This document shows, piece after piece, positions 11,308 to 23,526 of a DNA stretch of 64,000 nt (within the stretch, counting starts at the first letter, position 1; each line of letters starts with the position of its first letter). The stretch is taken from assembly GCA_964016885.1 (NCBI GenBank), contig OZ024757.1, forward strand, positions 35,030,001 to 35,094,000, written 5' to 3'. The notes beneath the pieces are model-generated. The model made no database searches and was not told the origin of the DNA. It saw nothing but the letters and a program-made list of their open reading frames with translations. The position numbers and the translations under genes were made by a program. The DNA comes from Eledone cirrhosa (Eukaryota).

Positions 11308-11756
11308 TCATGGACATCTCTGCCCATGTGGCTAATAATTCTGTCATGTAATGTTATGGACAACTCTGCCCCTGTGGCTATTAATTCTGTCATGTAATGT
11401 TATGGACATCTCTGCCCCTGTGGCTAATAATTCTGACATGTAATGTTATGGAATCTCTGCCCCTGTGGCTAATAAATCTGTCATGTAATGTTACGGACAT
11501 CTCTGCCCCTGTGGCTAATAAATCTGTCATGTAATGTTATGGACATCTCTGCCCCTGTGGCTAATAATTCTGACATGTAATGTTATGGACATCTCTGTCC
11601 CTGTGGCTAATAATTCTGACATGTAATGTTATGGACATCTCTGCCCCTGTGGCTAATAATTCTGACATGTAATGTTATGGACATCTGTGCCCCTGTGGCT
11701 AATAATTCTGACATGTAATGTTATGGACATCTCTGCCCCTGTGGCTAATAATTCTG
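11308..11756 (-). repeat. 46-bp minisatellite array (~10 units)
   Basis: First unit carries a 10-bp deletion (tcatggacatc). Confidence 0.95.
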
Positions 11757-13457
11757 AGAGAGATGAAACAAGTGAGGGATTAGAGAGAGATGAAACAAGT
11801 GAGGGATTAGAGTGTTGAAACAAGAGAGAGGAAGAGAGAGTGAGAGCGAGATCAAACGAGAGAGAGAGAGCGAGATGAAATGAGAGAGAGAGAGCGAGAT
11901 GAAACAAGACAGAGAGAGCGGGATGAAACGAGACAGAGAGAGCGGGAGCGAGATGAAACGAGACAGAGAGAGCGAGATGAAACGAGAGAGAGAGAGCGAG
12001 ATGAAATGAGAGAGAGAGAGCGAGATGAAATGAGAGAGAGAGAGCGAGATGAAACGAGAGAGTGAGAGCGAGATGGAACGAGAGAGAGCGAGAGAGAGCG
12101 AGATGAAATGAGAGAGAGAGAGCGAGATGAAACGAGAGAGTGAGAGCGAGATGGAACGAGAGAGAGCGAGATGAAATGAGAGAGAGAGAGCGAGATGAAA
12201 TGAGAGAGAGAGAGCGAGATGAAACGAGACAGAGAGAGCGGGATAAAACGAGACAGAGAGAGCGAGAGCGAGATGAAACGAGACAGAGAGAGCGAGATGA
12301 AACGAGAGAGAGAGAGCGGGATGAAACGAGAGAGTGAGAGCGAGATGGAACGAGACAGAGAGAGCGAGATGAAACGAGAGTGGGAGAGCTAGATGAAACG
12401 AGAGAGAGAGGAAACGAGAGAGAGAGGAAACGAGAGAGACGAAACGAGAGAGAGGAAACGAGAGTAGAGAGCGAGATGAAACAGGAGAGAGAGAACGAGA
12501 TGAAACAGGAGAGAGATAGCGAGATGAAACGAGAGGGAGAGAGAGATGAAACGAGAGAGCGAGAGAGAGATAGAGGGAGATGAAACGACAGAGAGAGAGA
12601 CAGATGAAACGAGGGAGATAGAGATGAAACGAGAGAGAGGAAGAGAGAGATGGAACGAGAGAGAGGAAGAGAGAGATGGAACGAGAGAGAGGAAGACAGA
12701 GATGAAACGAGAGAGAGACAGAGCAAGATGAAACGAGAGAGAGAGATTAAACGAGAGAGAGGAAGAGAGAGATGGAACGAGAGAGAGGAAGAGAGAGATG
12801 GAACGAGAGAGAGGAAGACAGAGATGAAACGAGAGAGAGAGAGATCGAGATGAAACGAGAGAGAGGAAGAGAGAGAGCGCAAGATGAAACGAGAGAGAGA
12901 GAGAGCGAGATGAAACGAGAGAGAGGAAGAGAGAGAGCGCGAGATGAAACGAGAGAGAGTAAGAGAGAGAGCGCGAGATGAAACGAGAGAGTGAGAGCGA
13001 GATGAAATGAGAGAGAGAGAGAACGAGATGAAATGAGAGAGAGAGAGAGCGAGATGAAATGAGACATAGAGAGATGAAACGAGAGAGAGATGAAACGAGA
13101 AAGAGAGGAAACGAGAGAGTGGAAACAAGAGTAGAGAGCGAGATGAAACAGGAGTGAGAGAGCGAGATGAAACAGGAGAGAGAGAGCGAGATGAAACGAG
13201 AGGGAGCGAGAGATGAAACGAGAGAGCGAGAGAGACATAGAGGGAAATGAAACGACAGAGAGAGAGACAGATGAAACGAGGGATATAGAGATGAAACGAG
13301 AGAGAGATATGAAACGAGAGAGAGGAAGAAAGAGATAGAACGAGAGAGAGGAAGAGAGAGATGAAACGAGAGATAGGAAGACAGAGGTGAAACGAGAGAG
13401 AGAGAGAGCGAGATGAAACGAGAGAGAGGAAGAGAGAGAGTGCGAGATGAAACTCTG

Positions 13458-13768
13458 TCATGGACATCTCTGCCCCTGTGGCTAATAATTCTGTCATGTA
13501 ATGTTATGGACAACTCTGCCCCTGTGGCTAATAATTCTGTCATGTAATGTTATGGACATCTCTGCCCCTGTGGCTAATAATTCTGACAGGTAATGTTATG
13601 GAATCTCTGCCCCTGTGGCTAATAAATCTGTCATGTAATGTTACGGACATCTCTGCCCCTGTGGCTAATAAATCTGTCATGTAATGTTATGGACATCTCT
13701 GTCCCTGTGGCTAATAATTCTGACATGTAATGTTATGGACATCTCTGCCCCTGTGGCTAATAATTCTG
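13458..13768 (-). repeat. 46-bp minisatellite array (~7 units)
   Basis: Same deleted first unit as 11308. Confidence 0.95.
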
Positions 13769-15892
13769 AGAGAGATGAAACAAGTGAGGGATTAGAGAGA
13801 GATGAAACAAGTGAGGGATTAGAGTGTTGAAACAAGAGAGAGAGAGGAAGAGTGAGTTAGAGCGAAATCAAACGAGAGAGAGCGAGATGAAATGAGAGAG
13901 TGAGAGCGAGATGAAACGAGAGAGAGAGAGAGAGCGAGATGAAATGAGAGAGAGAGAGAGCGAGATGAAATGAGAGAGAGAGAGCGAGATGAAACGAGAC
14001 AGAGAGAGCGGGATGAAACGAGACAGAGAGAGCGAGAGCGAGATGAAACGAGACAGAGAGAGCGAGATGAAACGAGAGAGAGAGAGCGAGATGAAATGAG
14101 AGAGAGAGAGCGAGATGAAATGAGAGAGAGAGAGCGAGATGTAACGAGAGAGTGAGAGCGAGATGGAACGAGACAGAGAGAGCGAGAAGAAACGAGAGTG
14201 GGAGAGCTAGATGAAACGAGAGAGAGAGGAAACGAGAGAGAGAGGAAACGAGAGAGACGAAACGAGAGAGAGGAAACGAGAGTAGAGAGCGAGATGAAAC
14301 AGGAGAGAGAGAGCGAGATGAAACAGGAGAGAGAGAGCGAGATGAAACGAGAGGGAGAGAGAGATGAAACGAGAGAGCGAGAGAGAGATAGAGGGAGATG
14401 AAACGACAGAGAGAGAGACAGATGAAACGAGGGAGATAGAGATGAAACGAGAGAGAGAGATGAAACTAGAGAGAGGAAGAGAGATATGAAACGAGAGAGA
14501 GGAAGAGAGAGATGGAACGAGAGAGAGGAAGACAGAGATGAAACGAGAGAGAGAGAGAGCAAGATGAAACGAGAGAGAGAGATGAAACGAGAGAGAGGAA
14601 GAGAGAGATGGAACGAGAGAGAGGAAGACAGAGATGAAACGAGAGAGAGAGAGATTGAGATGAAACGAGAGAGTGAGAGCTAGATGAAACGAGAGAGAGA
14701 GGAAACGAGAGAGAGAGGAAACGAGAGAGAGAGGAAACGAGAGAGAGGAAACGAGAGTAGAGAGCAAGAGGAAACAGGAGAGAGAGAGAGCGAGGTGAAA
14801 CCGGAGAGAGAGAGCGAGATGAAACGAGAGGGAGGGAGAGATGAAACGAGAGAGCGAGAGAGAGATAGAGGGAGATGAAACGAGAGAGTGATAGCTAGAT
14901 GAAACGAGAGTGAGAGGAATAGAGAGATGGAACGAGAGAGAGGAAGACAGATATGAAACGAGAGAGAGAGAGAGCGAGATGAAACGAGAGAGAGGAAGAG
15001 AGAGAGCGCGAGATGAAATGAGAGAGAGAGAGAGCGAGATGAAACGAGAGAGAGGAAGAGAGAGAGCGCGAGATGAAAAGAGAGAGAGAGAAAGCGAGAT
15101 GAAAAGAGAGAGAGGAAGAGAGAGAGCGCGAGATGAAACGAGAGAGAGAGAGCGAGATGAAATGAGAGAGTGAGGGTGAGATGAAACGAGAGAGAGAGAG
15201 AGATAGCGAGATGAAATGAGAGAGAGAGAGCGAGATGAAATGAGAGAGAGAGAGAGCGAGATGAAACGAGACAGAGAAAGCGGGATGAAACGAGACAGAG
15301 AGATCGAGAGGAAATGAGAGACAGAGAGAGCGAGATGAAACGAGAGAGTGAGAGCGGGATGGAACGAGACAGAGAGAGCGAGATGAAACGAGAGAGTGAG
15401 GAAACGAGAGAGAGAGGAAACGAGACAGAGGAAACGAGAGAGAGGAAACGAGAGTAGAGAGCGAGATGAAACAGGAGAGAGAGAGACCGAGATAAAACAG
15501 GAGAGAGAGAGAGAGCGAGATGAAACGAGAGGGAGGGAGAGATGAAACGAGAGAGCGAGAGAGAGATAGAGGGAGATGAAACGACAGAGAGAGAGACAGA
15601 TGAAACGAGGGAGATAGATATGAAACGAGAGGGAGGGAGAGATGAAACGAGAGAGGGAGAGAGAGATAGAGGGAGATGAAACGACAGAGAGAGAGACAGA
15701 TGAAACGAGGGAGATAGAGATGAAACGAGAGAGGAAGAGAGAGATGGAACGAGAGAGAGGAAGAGAGAGATGAAACGAGAGAGAGGAAGACAGAGATGAA
15801 TAGAGAGAGAGAGAGAGCGAGATGAAACGAGAGAGAGGAAGAGAGAGAGCGCGAGATGAAACGAGAGAGAGAGAGCGCGAGATGAAACTCTG

Positions 15893-16257
15893 TCATGTAA
15901 TGTTATGGACATATCTGCCCTTGGGGCTAATAATTGTCATGTAATGTTATGGACGTCTCTGCCCCTGTGGCTAATAATTCTGTCATGTAATGTTATGGAC
16001 AACTCTGCCCCTGTGGCTAATAATTCTGTCATGTAATGTTATGGACATCTCTGCCCCTGTGGCTAATAATTCTGACAGGTAATGTTATGGAATCTCTGCC
16101 CCTGTGGCTAATAAATCTGTCATGTAATGTTACGGACATCTCTGCCCCTGTGGCTAATAAATCTGTCATGTAATGTTATGGACATCTCTGTCCCTGTGGC
16201 TAATAATTCTGACATGTAATGTTATGGACATCTCTGCCCCTGTGGCTAATAATTCTG
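15893..16257 (-). repeat. 46-bp minisatellite array (8 units)
   Basis: Tandem reverse 46-mers. Confidence 0.95.
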
Positions 16258-18351
16258 AGAGAGATGAAACAAGTGAGGGATTAGAGAGAGATGAAACAAG
16301 TGAGGGATTAGAGTGTTGAAACAAGAGAGAGAGAGGAAGAGTGAGTTAGAGCGAAATCAAACGAGAGAGAGCGAGATGAAATGAGAGAGTGAGAGCGAGA
16401 TGAAACGAGAGAGAGAGAGAGAGCGAGATGAAATGAGAGAGAGAGAGAGAGCGAGATGAAATGAGAGAGAGAGAGCGAGATGAAACGAGACAGAGAGAGC
16501 GGGATGAAACGAGACAGAGAGAGCGAGAGCGAGATGAAACGAGACAGAGAGAGCGAGATGAAACGAGAGAGAGAGAGCGAGATGAAATGAGAGAGAGAGA
16601 GCGAGATGAAATGAGAGAGAGAGAGCGAGATGTAACGAGAGAGTGAGAGCGAGATGGAACGAGACAGAGAGAGCGAGAAGAAACGAGAGTGGGAGAGCTA
16701 GATGAAACGAGAGAGAGAGGAAACGAGAGAGAGAGGAAACGAGAGAGACGAAACGAGAGAGAGGAAACGAGAGTAGAGAGCGAGATGAAACAGGAGAGAG
16801 AGAGCGAGATGAAACAGGAGAGAGAGAGCGAGATGAAACGAGAGGGAGAGAGAGATGAAACGAGAGAGCGAGAGAGAGATAGAGGGAGATGAAACGACAG
16901 AGAGAGAGACAGATGAAACGAGGGAGATAGAGATGAAACGAGAGAGAGAGATGAAACTAGAGAGAGGAAGAGAGATATGAAACGAGAGAGAGGAAGAGAG
17001 AGATGGAACGAGAGAGAGGAAGACAGAGATGAAACGAGAGAGAGAGAGAGCAAGATGAAACGAGAGAGAGAGATGAAACGAGAGAGAGGAAGAGAGAGAT
17101 GGAACGAGAGAGAGGAAGACAGAGATGAAACGAGAGAGAGAGAGATTGAGATGAAACGAGAGAGTGAGAGCTAGATGAAACGAGAGAGAGAGGAAACGAG
17201 AGAGAGAGGAAACGAGAGAGAGAGGAAACGAGAGAGAGGAAACGAGAGTAGAGAGCAAGAGGAAACAGGAGAGAGAGAGAGCGAGGTGAAACCGGAGAGA
17301 GAGAGCGAGATGAAACGAGAGGGAGGGAGAGATGAAACGAGAGAGCGAGAGAGAGATAGAGGGAGATGAAACGAGAGAGTGATAGCTAGATGAAACGAGA
17401 GTGAGAGGAATAGAGAGATGGAACGAGAGAGAGGAAGACAGATATGAAACGAGAGAGAGAGAGAGCGAGATGAAACGAGAGAGAGGAAGAGAGAGAGCGC
17501 GAGATGAAATGAGAGAGAGAGAGAGCGAGATGAAACGAGAGAGAGGAAGAGAGAGAGCGCGAGATGAAAAGAGAGAGAGGAAGAGAGAGAGCGCGAGATG
17601 AAACGAGAGAGAGAGAGCGAGATGAAATGAGAGAGTGAGGGTGAGATGAAACGAGAGAGAGAGAGAGATAGCGAGATGAAATGAGAGAGAGAGAGCGAGA
17701 TGAAATGAGAGAGAGAGAGAGCGAGATGAAACGAGACAGAGAAAGCGGGATGAAACGAGACAGAGAGATCGAGAGGAAATGAGAGACAGAGAGAGCGAGA
17801 TGAAACGAGAGAGTGAGAGCGGGATGGAACGAGACAGAGAGAGCGAGATGAAACGAGAGAGTGAGGAAACGAGAGAGAGAGGAAACGAGACAGAGGAAAC
17901 GAGAGAGAGGAAACGAGAGTAGAGAGCGAGATGAAACAGGAGAGAGAGAGACCGAGATAAAACAGGAGAGAGAGAGAGCGAGATGAAACGAGAGGGAGGG
18001 AGAGATGAAACGAGAGAGCGAGAGAGAGATAGAGGGAGATGAAACGACAGAGAGAGAGACAGATGAAACGAGGGAGATAGATATGAAACGAGAGGGAGGG
18101 AGAGATGAAACGAGAGAGGGAGAGAGAGATAGAGGGAGATGAAACGACAGAGAGAGAGACAGATGAAACGAGGGAGATAGAGATGAAACGAGAGAGGAAG
18201 AGAGAGATGGAACGAGAGAGAGGAAGAGAGAGATGAAACGAGAGAGAGGAAGACAGAGATGAATAGAGAGAGAGAGCGAGATGAAACGAGAGAGAGGAAG
18301 AGAGAGAGCGCGAGATGAAACGAGAGAGAGAGAGCGCGAGATGAAACTCTG

Positions 18352-19034
18352 TCATGTAATGTTATGGACATATCTGCCCTTGGGGCTAATAATTGTCATG
18401 TAATGTTATGGACGTCTCTGCCCCTGTGGCTAATAATTCTGTCATGTAATGTTATGGACATCTCTGCCCCTGTGGCTAATAATTATGTCATGTAATGTTA
18501 TGGACATCTCCGCCCCTGTGGCTAATAATTCTGACATGTAATGTTATGGACATCTCTGCCCCTCTGGCTAATAATTCTGACATGTAATGTTATGGACATC
18601 TCTGCCCCTGTGGCTAATAAATCAGAATTATTAGCCACAGGGGCAGAGATGTCCATAACATTACATGTCAGAATTATTAGCCACAGGGGCAGAGATGTCC
18701 ATAACATTACATGTCAGAATTATTAGCCACAGGGACAGAGATGTCCATAACATTACATGTCAGAATTATTAGCCAGAGGGGCAGAGATGTCCATAACATT
18801 ACATGTCAGAATTATTAGCCACAGGGGCAGAGATGTCCATAACATTACATGACAGATTTATTAGCCACAGGGGCAGAGATGTCCATAACACTACATGTCA
18901 GAATTATTAGCCACAGGGGCAGAGATGTCCATAACATTACATTACATAATTATTAGCCACAGGGGCAGAGATGTCCATAACATTACATGACAATTATTAG
19001 CCGCAAGGGCAGATATGTCCATAACATTACATGA
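18352..19034. repeat. Inverted 46-mer arrays forming palindrome centre 1 (spacer atcagaa 18621-18627)
   Basis: ...ctgcccctgtggctaataa-atcagaa-ttattagccacaggggcag... Confidence 0.95.
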
Positions 19035-19720
19035 CAGACTTTCATCTCGCGCTCTCTCTCTCTCGTTTCATCTCGCGCTCTCTCTCTTCCTCTCTCTCGT
19101 TTCATCTCGCGTTAACTCTCTTCCTCTCTCTCGTTTCATCTCGCTCTCTCTCTCTCGTTTCATCTCTGTCTTCCTCTCTCTCGTTCCATCTCTCTCTTCC
19201 TCTCTCTCGTTCCATCTCTCTCTTCCTCTCTCTCGTTTCATCTCTCTCTCTCTCTGTCGTTTCATCTCCCTCTAACTCTCTCTCGCTCTCTCATTTCATC
19301 TCTCTCTCCCTCTCGTTTCATCTCGCTCTCTCTCTCCTGTTTCATCTCGCTCTCTCTCTCCTGTTTCATCTCGCTCTCTCTCTCCTGTTTCATCTCGCTC
19401 TCTACTCTCGTTTCCTCTCTCATATCCTCTCTCTCGTTTCCTCTCTCTCTCGTTTCCTCTAGCTCTCACTCTCTCGTTTCATCTCGCTCTCTCTCTCTCA
19501 TTTCATCTCGCTCTCTCTCTCTCATTTCATCTCGCTCTCTCTGTCTCGTTTCATTTCGCTCTCTCTCTCTCTCATTTCATCTCGCTATCTCTATCTCGTT
19601 TCATCCCGCTCTCTCTGTCTCGTTTCATCTCGCTCTCTCTCTCTCATTTCATCTCGCTCTCACTCTCTCATTTCATGTCGCTCTCTCTCTCGTTTGATCT
19701 CGCTCTCACTCTCTCTTCCT

Positions 19721-19764
19721 CAATTATTAGCCCCTAGGGCAGATATGTCCATAACATTAATTGA
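19721..19764 (+). repeat. Solo 44-bp terminal variant of the minisatellite
   Basis: caattattagcccctagggcagatatgtccataacattaattga without adaptor or other units. Confidence 0.9.
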
Positions 19765-20576
19765 CAGACTTTCATCTGGCGCTCTCTCGTTTCATCTCTT
19801 CCTCTCTCTCGTTTCATCTCACTCTCTCTCTCTCTCGTTTCATCTCGCACTCTCTCTCTTCCTCTCTCTCGTTTTATCTTGCTCTCTCTCTCTCTCGTTT
19901 CATCTCTGTCTTCCTCTCTCTCGTTCCATCTCTCTCTTCCTCTCTCTCGTTTCATCTCTCTCTCTCGTTTCATCTCTATCTCCCTCGTTTCATCTGTCTC
20001 TCTCTCTCTGTCGTTTCCTCTCCCTCTATCTCTCTCTCGCTCTCTCGTTTCATCTCTCTCTCCCTCTCGTTTCATCTCGCTCTCTCTCTCCTGTTTCATC
20101 TCGCTCTCTCTCCTGTTTCATCTCGCTCTCTACTCTCGTTTCCTCTCTCTCGTATCCTCTCTCTCGTTTCCTCTCTCTCTCGTTTCCTCTAGCTCTCACT
20201 CTCTCGTTTCATCTCGCTCTCTCTCTCTCATTTCATCTCGCTCTCTCTCTCTTGTTTCATCTCGCTCTCTCTGTCTCGTTTCATTTCGCTCTCTCTCTCT
20301 CTCATTTCATCTCGCTCTCTCTGTCTCGTTTCATCCCGCTCTCTCTGTCTCGTTTCATCTCGCTCTCTCTCTCTCATTTCATCTCGCTCTCTCTCTCTCA
20401 TTTCATCTCGCTCTCTCTCTCTCGTTTCATCTCGCTCTCACTCTCTCATTTCATCTCGCTCTCTCTCTCTCGTTTGATCTCGCTCTCACTCTCTCTTCCT
20501 CTTTCTCTCTTGTTTCAACACTTTAATCCCTCACTTGTTTCATCTCTCTCTAATCCCTCACTTGTTTCATCTCTCT

Positions 20577-20942
20577 CAGAATTATTAGCCACAGGGGCAG
20601 AGATGTCCATAACTTTACATGTCAGAATTATTAGCCACAGGGGCAGAGATGTCCATAACATTACATGTCAGAATTATTAGCCACAGGGGCAGAGATGTCC
20701 ATAACATTACATGACAGATTTATTAGCCACAGGGGCAGAGATGCCCATAACATTACATGACGAATTTATTAGCCACAGGGGCAGAGATGTCCATAATATT
20801 ACATGACAGAATTATTAGCCACAGGGGCAGAGATGGCCATAACATTACATGACAGAATTATTAGCCACAGGGGCAGAGATGTCCATAACATTACATGACA
20901 ATTATTAGCCCCTAGGGCAGATATGTCCATAACATTACTTGA
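20577..20942 (+). repeat. 46-bp minisatellite array (8 units)
   Basis: Tandem 46-mers with terminal 44-mer. Confidence 0.95.
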
Positions 20943-21770
20943 CAAACTTTCATCTGGCGCTCTCTCGTTTCATCTCTTCCTCTCTCTCGTTTCATCTCAC
21001 TCTCTCTCTCTCTCGTTTCATCTCGCACTCTCTCTCTTCCTCTCTCTCGTTTTATCTTGCTCTCTCTCTCTCTCGTTTCATCTCTGTCTTCCTCTCTCTC
21101 GTTCCATCTCTCTCTTCCTCTCTCTCGTTTCATCTCTCTCTCTCGTTTCATCTCTATCTCCCTCGTATCATCTGTCTCTCTCTCTGTCGTTTCCTCTCCC
21201 TCTATCTCTCTCTCGCTCTCTCGTTTCATCTCTTTCTCCCTCTCGTTTCATCTCGCTCTCTCTCTCCTGTTTCATCTCGCTCTCTCTCTCTCCTGTTTCA
21301 TCTCGCTCTCTACTCTCGTTTCCTCTCTCTCGTATCCTCTCTCTCGTTTCCTCTCTCTCTCGTTTCCTCTCTCTCTCGTTTCCTCTAGCTCTCACTCTCT
21401 CGTTTCATCTCGCTCTCTCTCTCTCATTTCATCTCGCTCTCTCTCTCTCGTTTCATCTCGCTCTCTCTGTCTCGTTTCATTTCGCTCTCTCTCTCTCTCA
21501 TTTCATCTCGCTCTCTCTGTCTCGTTTCCTCCCGCTCTCTCTGTCTCGTTTCATCTCGCTCTCTCTCTCTCATTTCATCTCGCTCTCTCTCTCTCATTTC
21601 ATCTCGCTCTCTCTCTCTCGTTTCATCTCGCTCTCACTCTCTCATTTCATCTCGCTCTCTCTCTCGTTTGATCTCGCTCTCACTCTCTCTTCCTCTCTCT
21701 CTCTTGTTTCAACACTCTAATCCCTCACTTGTTTCATCTCTCTCTTATCCCTCACTTGTTTCATCTCTCT

Positions 21771-22044
21771 CAGAATTATTAGCCACAGGGGCAGAGATGT
21801 CCATAACATTACATGTCAGAATTATTAGCCACAGGGGCAGAGATGTCCATAACATTACATGACAGATTTATTAGCCACAGAGGCAGAGATGTCCATAACA
21901 TTACATGACGAATTTATTAGCCACAGGGGCAGAGATGTCCATAACATTACATGACAGAATTATTAGCCACAGGGGCAGAGATGTCCATAACATTACATGA
22001 CAATTATTAGCCCCAAGGGCAGATATGTCCATAACATTACATGA
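21771..22044 (+). repeat. 46-bp minisatellite array (6 units)
   Basis: 5x46 + 44. Confidence 0.95.
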
Positions 22045-23208
22045 CAGACTTACATCTCACGCTCTCTCTCTCTCGTTTCATCTCGCGTTCTCTCTCTTCC
22101 TCTCTCTCGTTTCATCTCGCTCTCTCTCTCTCGTTTCATCTCACGCTCTCTCTCTTCTTCTCTCTCGTTTCATCTCGCTCTCTCTCTCTCTCGTTTCAAC
22201 TTTGTCTTCCTCTCTCTCGTTTCATCTCTCTCTTCCTCTCTCTCTCGTTCCATCTCTCTCTCGTTTCATCTAGCTCTCACTCTCTCGTTTCATCTCGCTC
22301 TCTCTGTCTCGTTCCATCTCGCTCTCTCTCTCTCGTTTCATCTCTATCTCCCTCGTTTCATCTGTCTCTCTCTCTGTCGTTTCATCTCCCTCTATCTCTC
22401 TCTCGCTCTCTCGTTTCATCTCTACCTCCCTCTCGTTTCATCTCGCTCTCTCACTCCTGTTTCATCTCGCTCTCTCTCTCCTGTTTTATCTCGCTCTCTA
22501 CTCTCGTTCCATCTCTCTCTCGTTTCATCTAGCTCTCACTCTCTCGTTTCATCTCGATCTCTCTGTCTCGTTTCATCCCGCTCTCTCTCTCTCGTTTCAT
22601 CTCACTCTCACTCTCTCATTTCATCTCGCTCTCTCTCTCTCGTTTCATCTCGCGCTCTCTCTCTTCCTCTCTCTCGTTTCATCTCTCTCTCTCTCTCTCT
22701 CGTTTCATCTCTGTCTTCCTCTCTCTCGTTCCATCTCTCTCTTCCTGTCTCTCGTTCCATCTCTCTCTTCCTCTCTCTCGTTTCATCTCTATCTCCCTCG
22801 TTTCATCTGTCTCACTCTCTGTCGTTTCATCTCCCTCTATCTCTCTCTCGCTCTCTCGTTTCATCTCTCTCTCCCTCTCGTTTCATCTCGCTCTCTCTCT
22901 CCTGTTTCATCTCGCTCTCTACTCTCGTTTCCTCTCTCTCGTTTCCTCTCTCTCCTTTCCTCTCTCTCTCGTTTCCTCTCTCTCTCGTTTCATCTAGCTC
23001 TCACTCTCTCGTTTCATCTCGCTCTCTCTCTCTCATTTCATCTCGCTCTCTCTCTCTCATTTCATCTCGCTCTCTCTCTCTCGTTTCATCTCGCTCTCAC
23101 TCTCTCATTTCATCTCGCTCTCTCTCTCTCGTTTGATCTCGCTCTCACTCTCTCTTCCTCTCTCTATCTTGTTTCAACACTCTAATCCCTCACTTGTTTC
23201 ATCTCTCT

Positions 23209-23526
23209 CAGATTTATTAGCCACAGGGGCAGAGATGTCCATAACATTACATGACGAATTTATTAGCCACAGGGGCAGAGATGTCCATAACATTACATGA
23301 CAGAATTATTAGCCACAGGGGCAGAGATGTCCATAACATTACATGACATAATTATTAGCCACAGGGGCAGAGATCTCCATAACATTACATGACAGAATTA
23401 TTAGCCACAGGGGCAGAGATGTACATAACATTACATGACAATTATTAGCCCCAAGGGCAGATATGTCCATAACATTACATGACTATTATTAGCCCCAAGG
23501 GCAGATATGTCCATAACATTACATGA
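23209..23526 (+). repeat. 46-bp minisatellite array (7 units)
   Basis: 5x46 + two 44-mers. Confidence 0.95.

Larger units (their letters stand above)
3341..18620 (-). repeat. GA-oriented satellite arm 1 (7 modules)
   Basis: gcgagatgaaacgaga(ga)n blocks alternating with reverse-orientation 46-mer arrays. Confidence 0.95.

Noticed and set aside
18600-18650. Palindrome centre as a pure sequencing fold-back artefact
   Set aside because: Same junction occurs three times with different flanking unit counts, and the two arms carry different variants rather than being mirror copies; read-level confirmation is still advisable
19721-19745. ccctaggg as a Helitron 3' CTAG terminus
   Set aside because: Only a minority variant of the 44-mer, lies mid-unit and lacks a convincing upstream GC-rich hairpin
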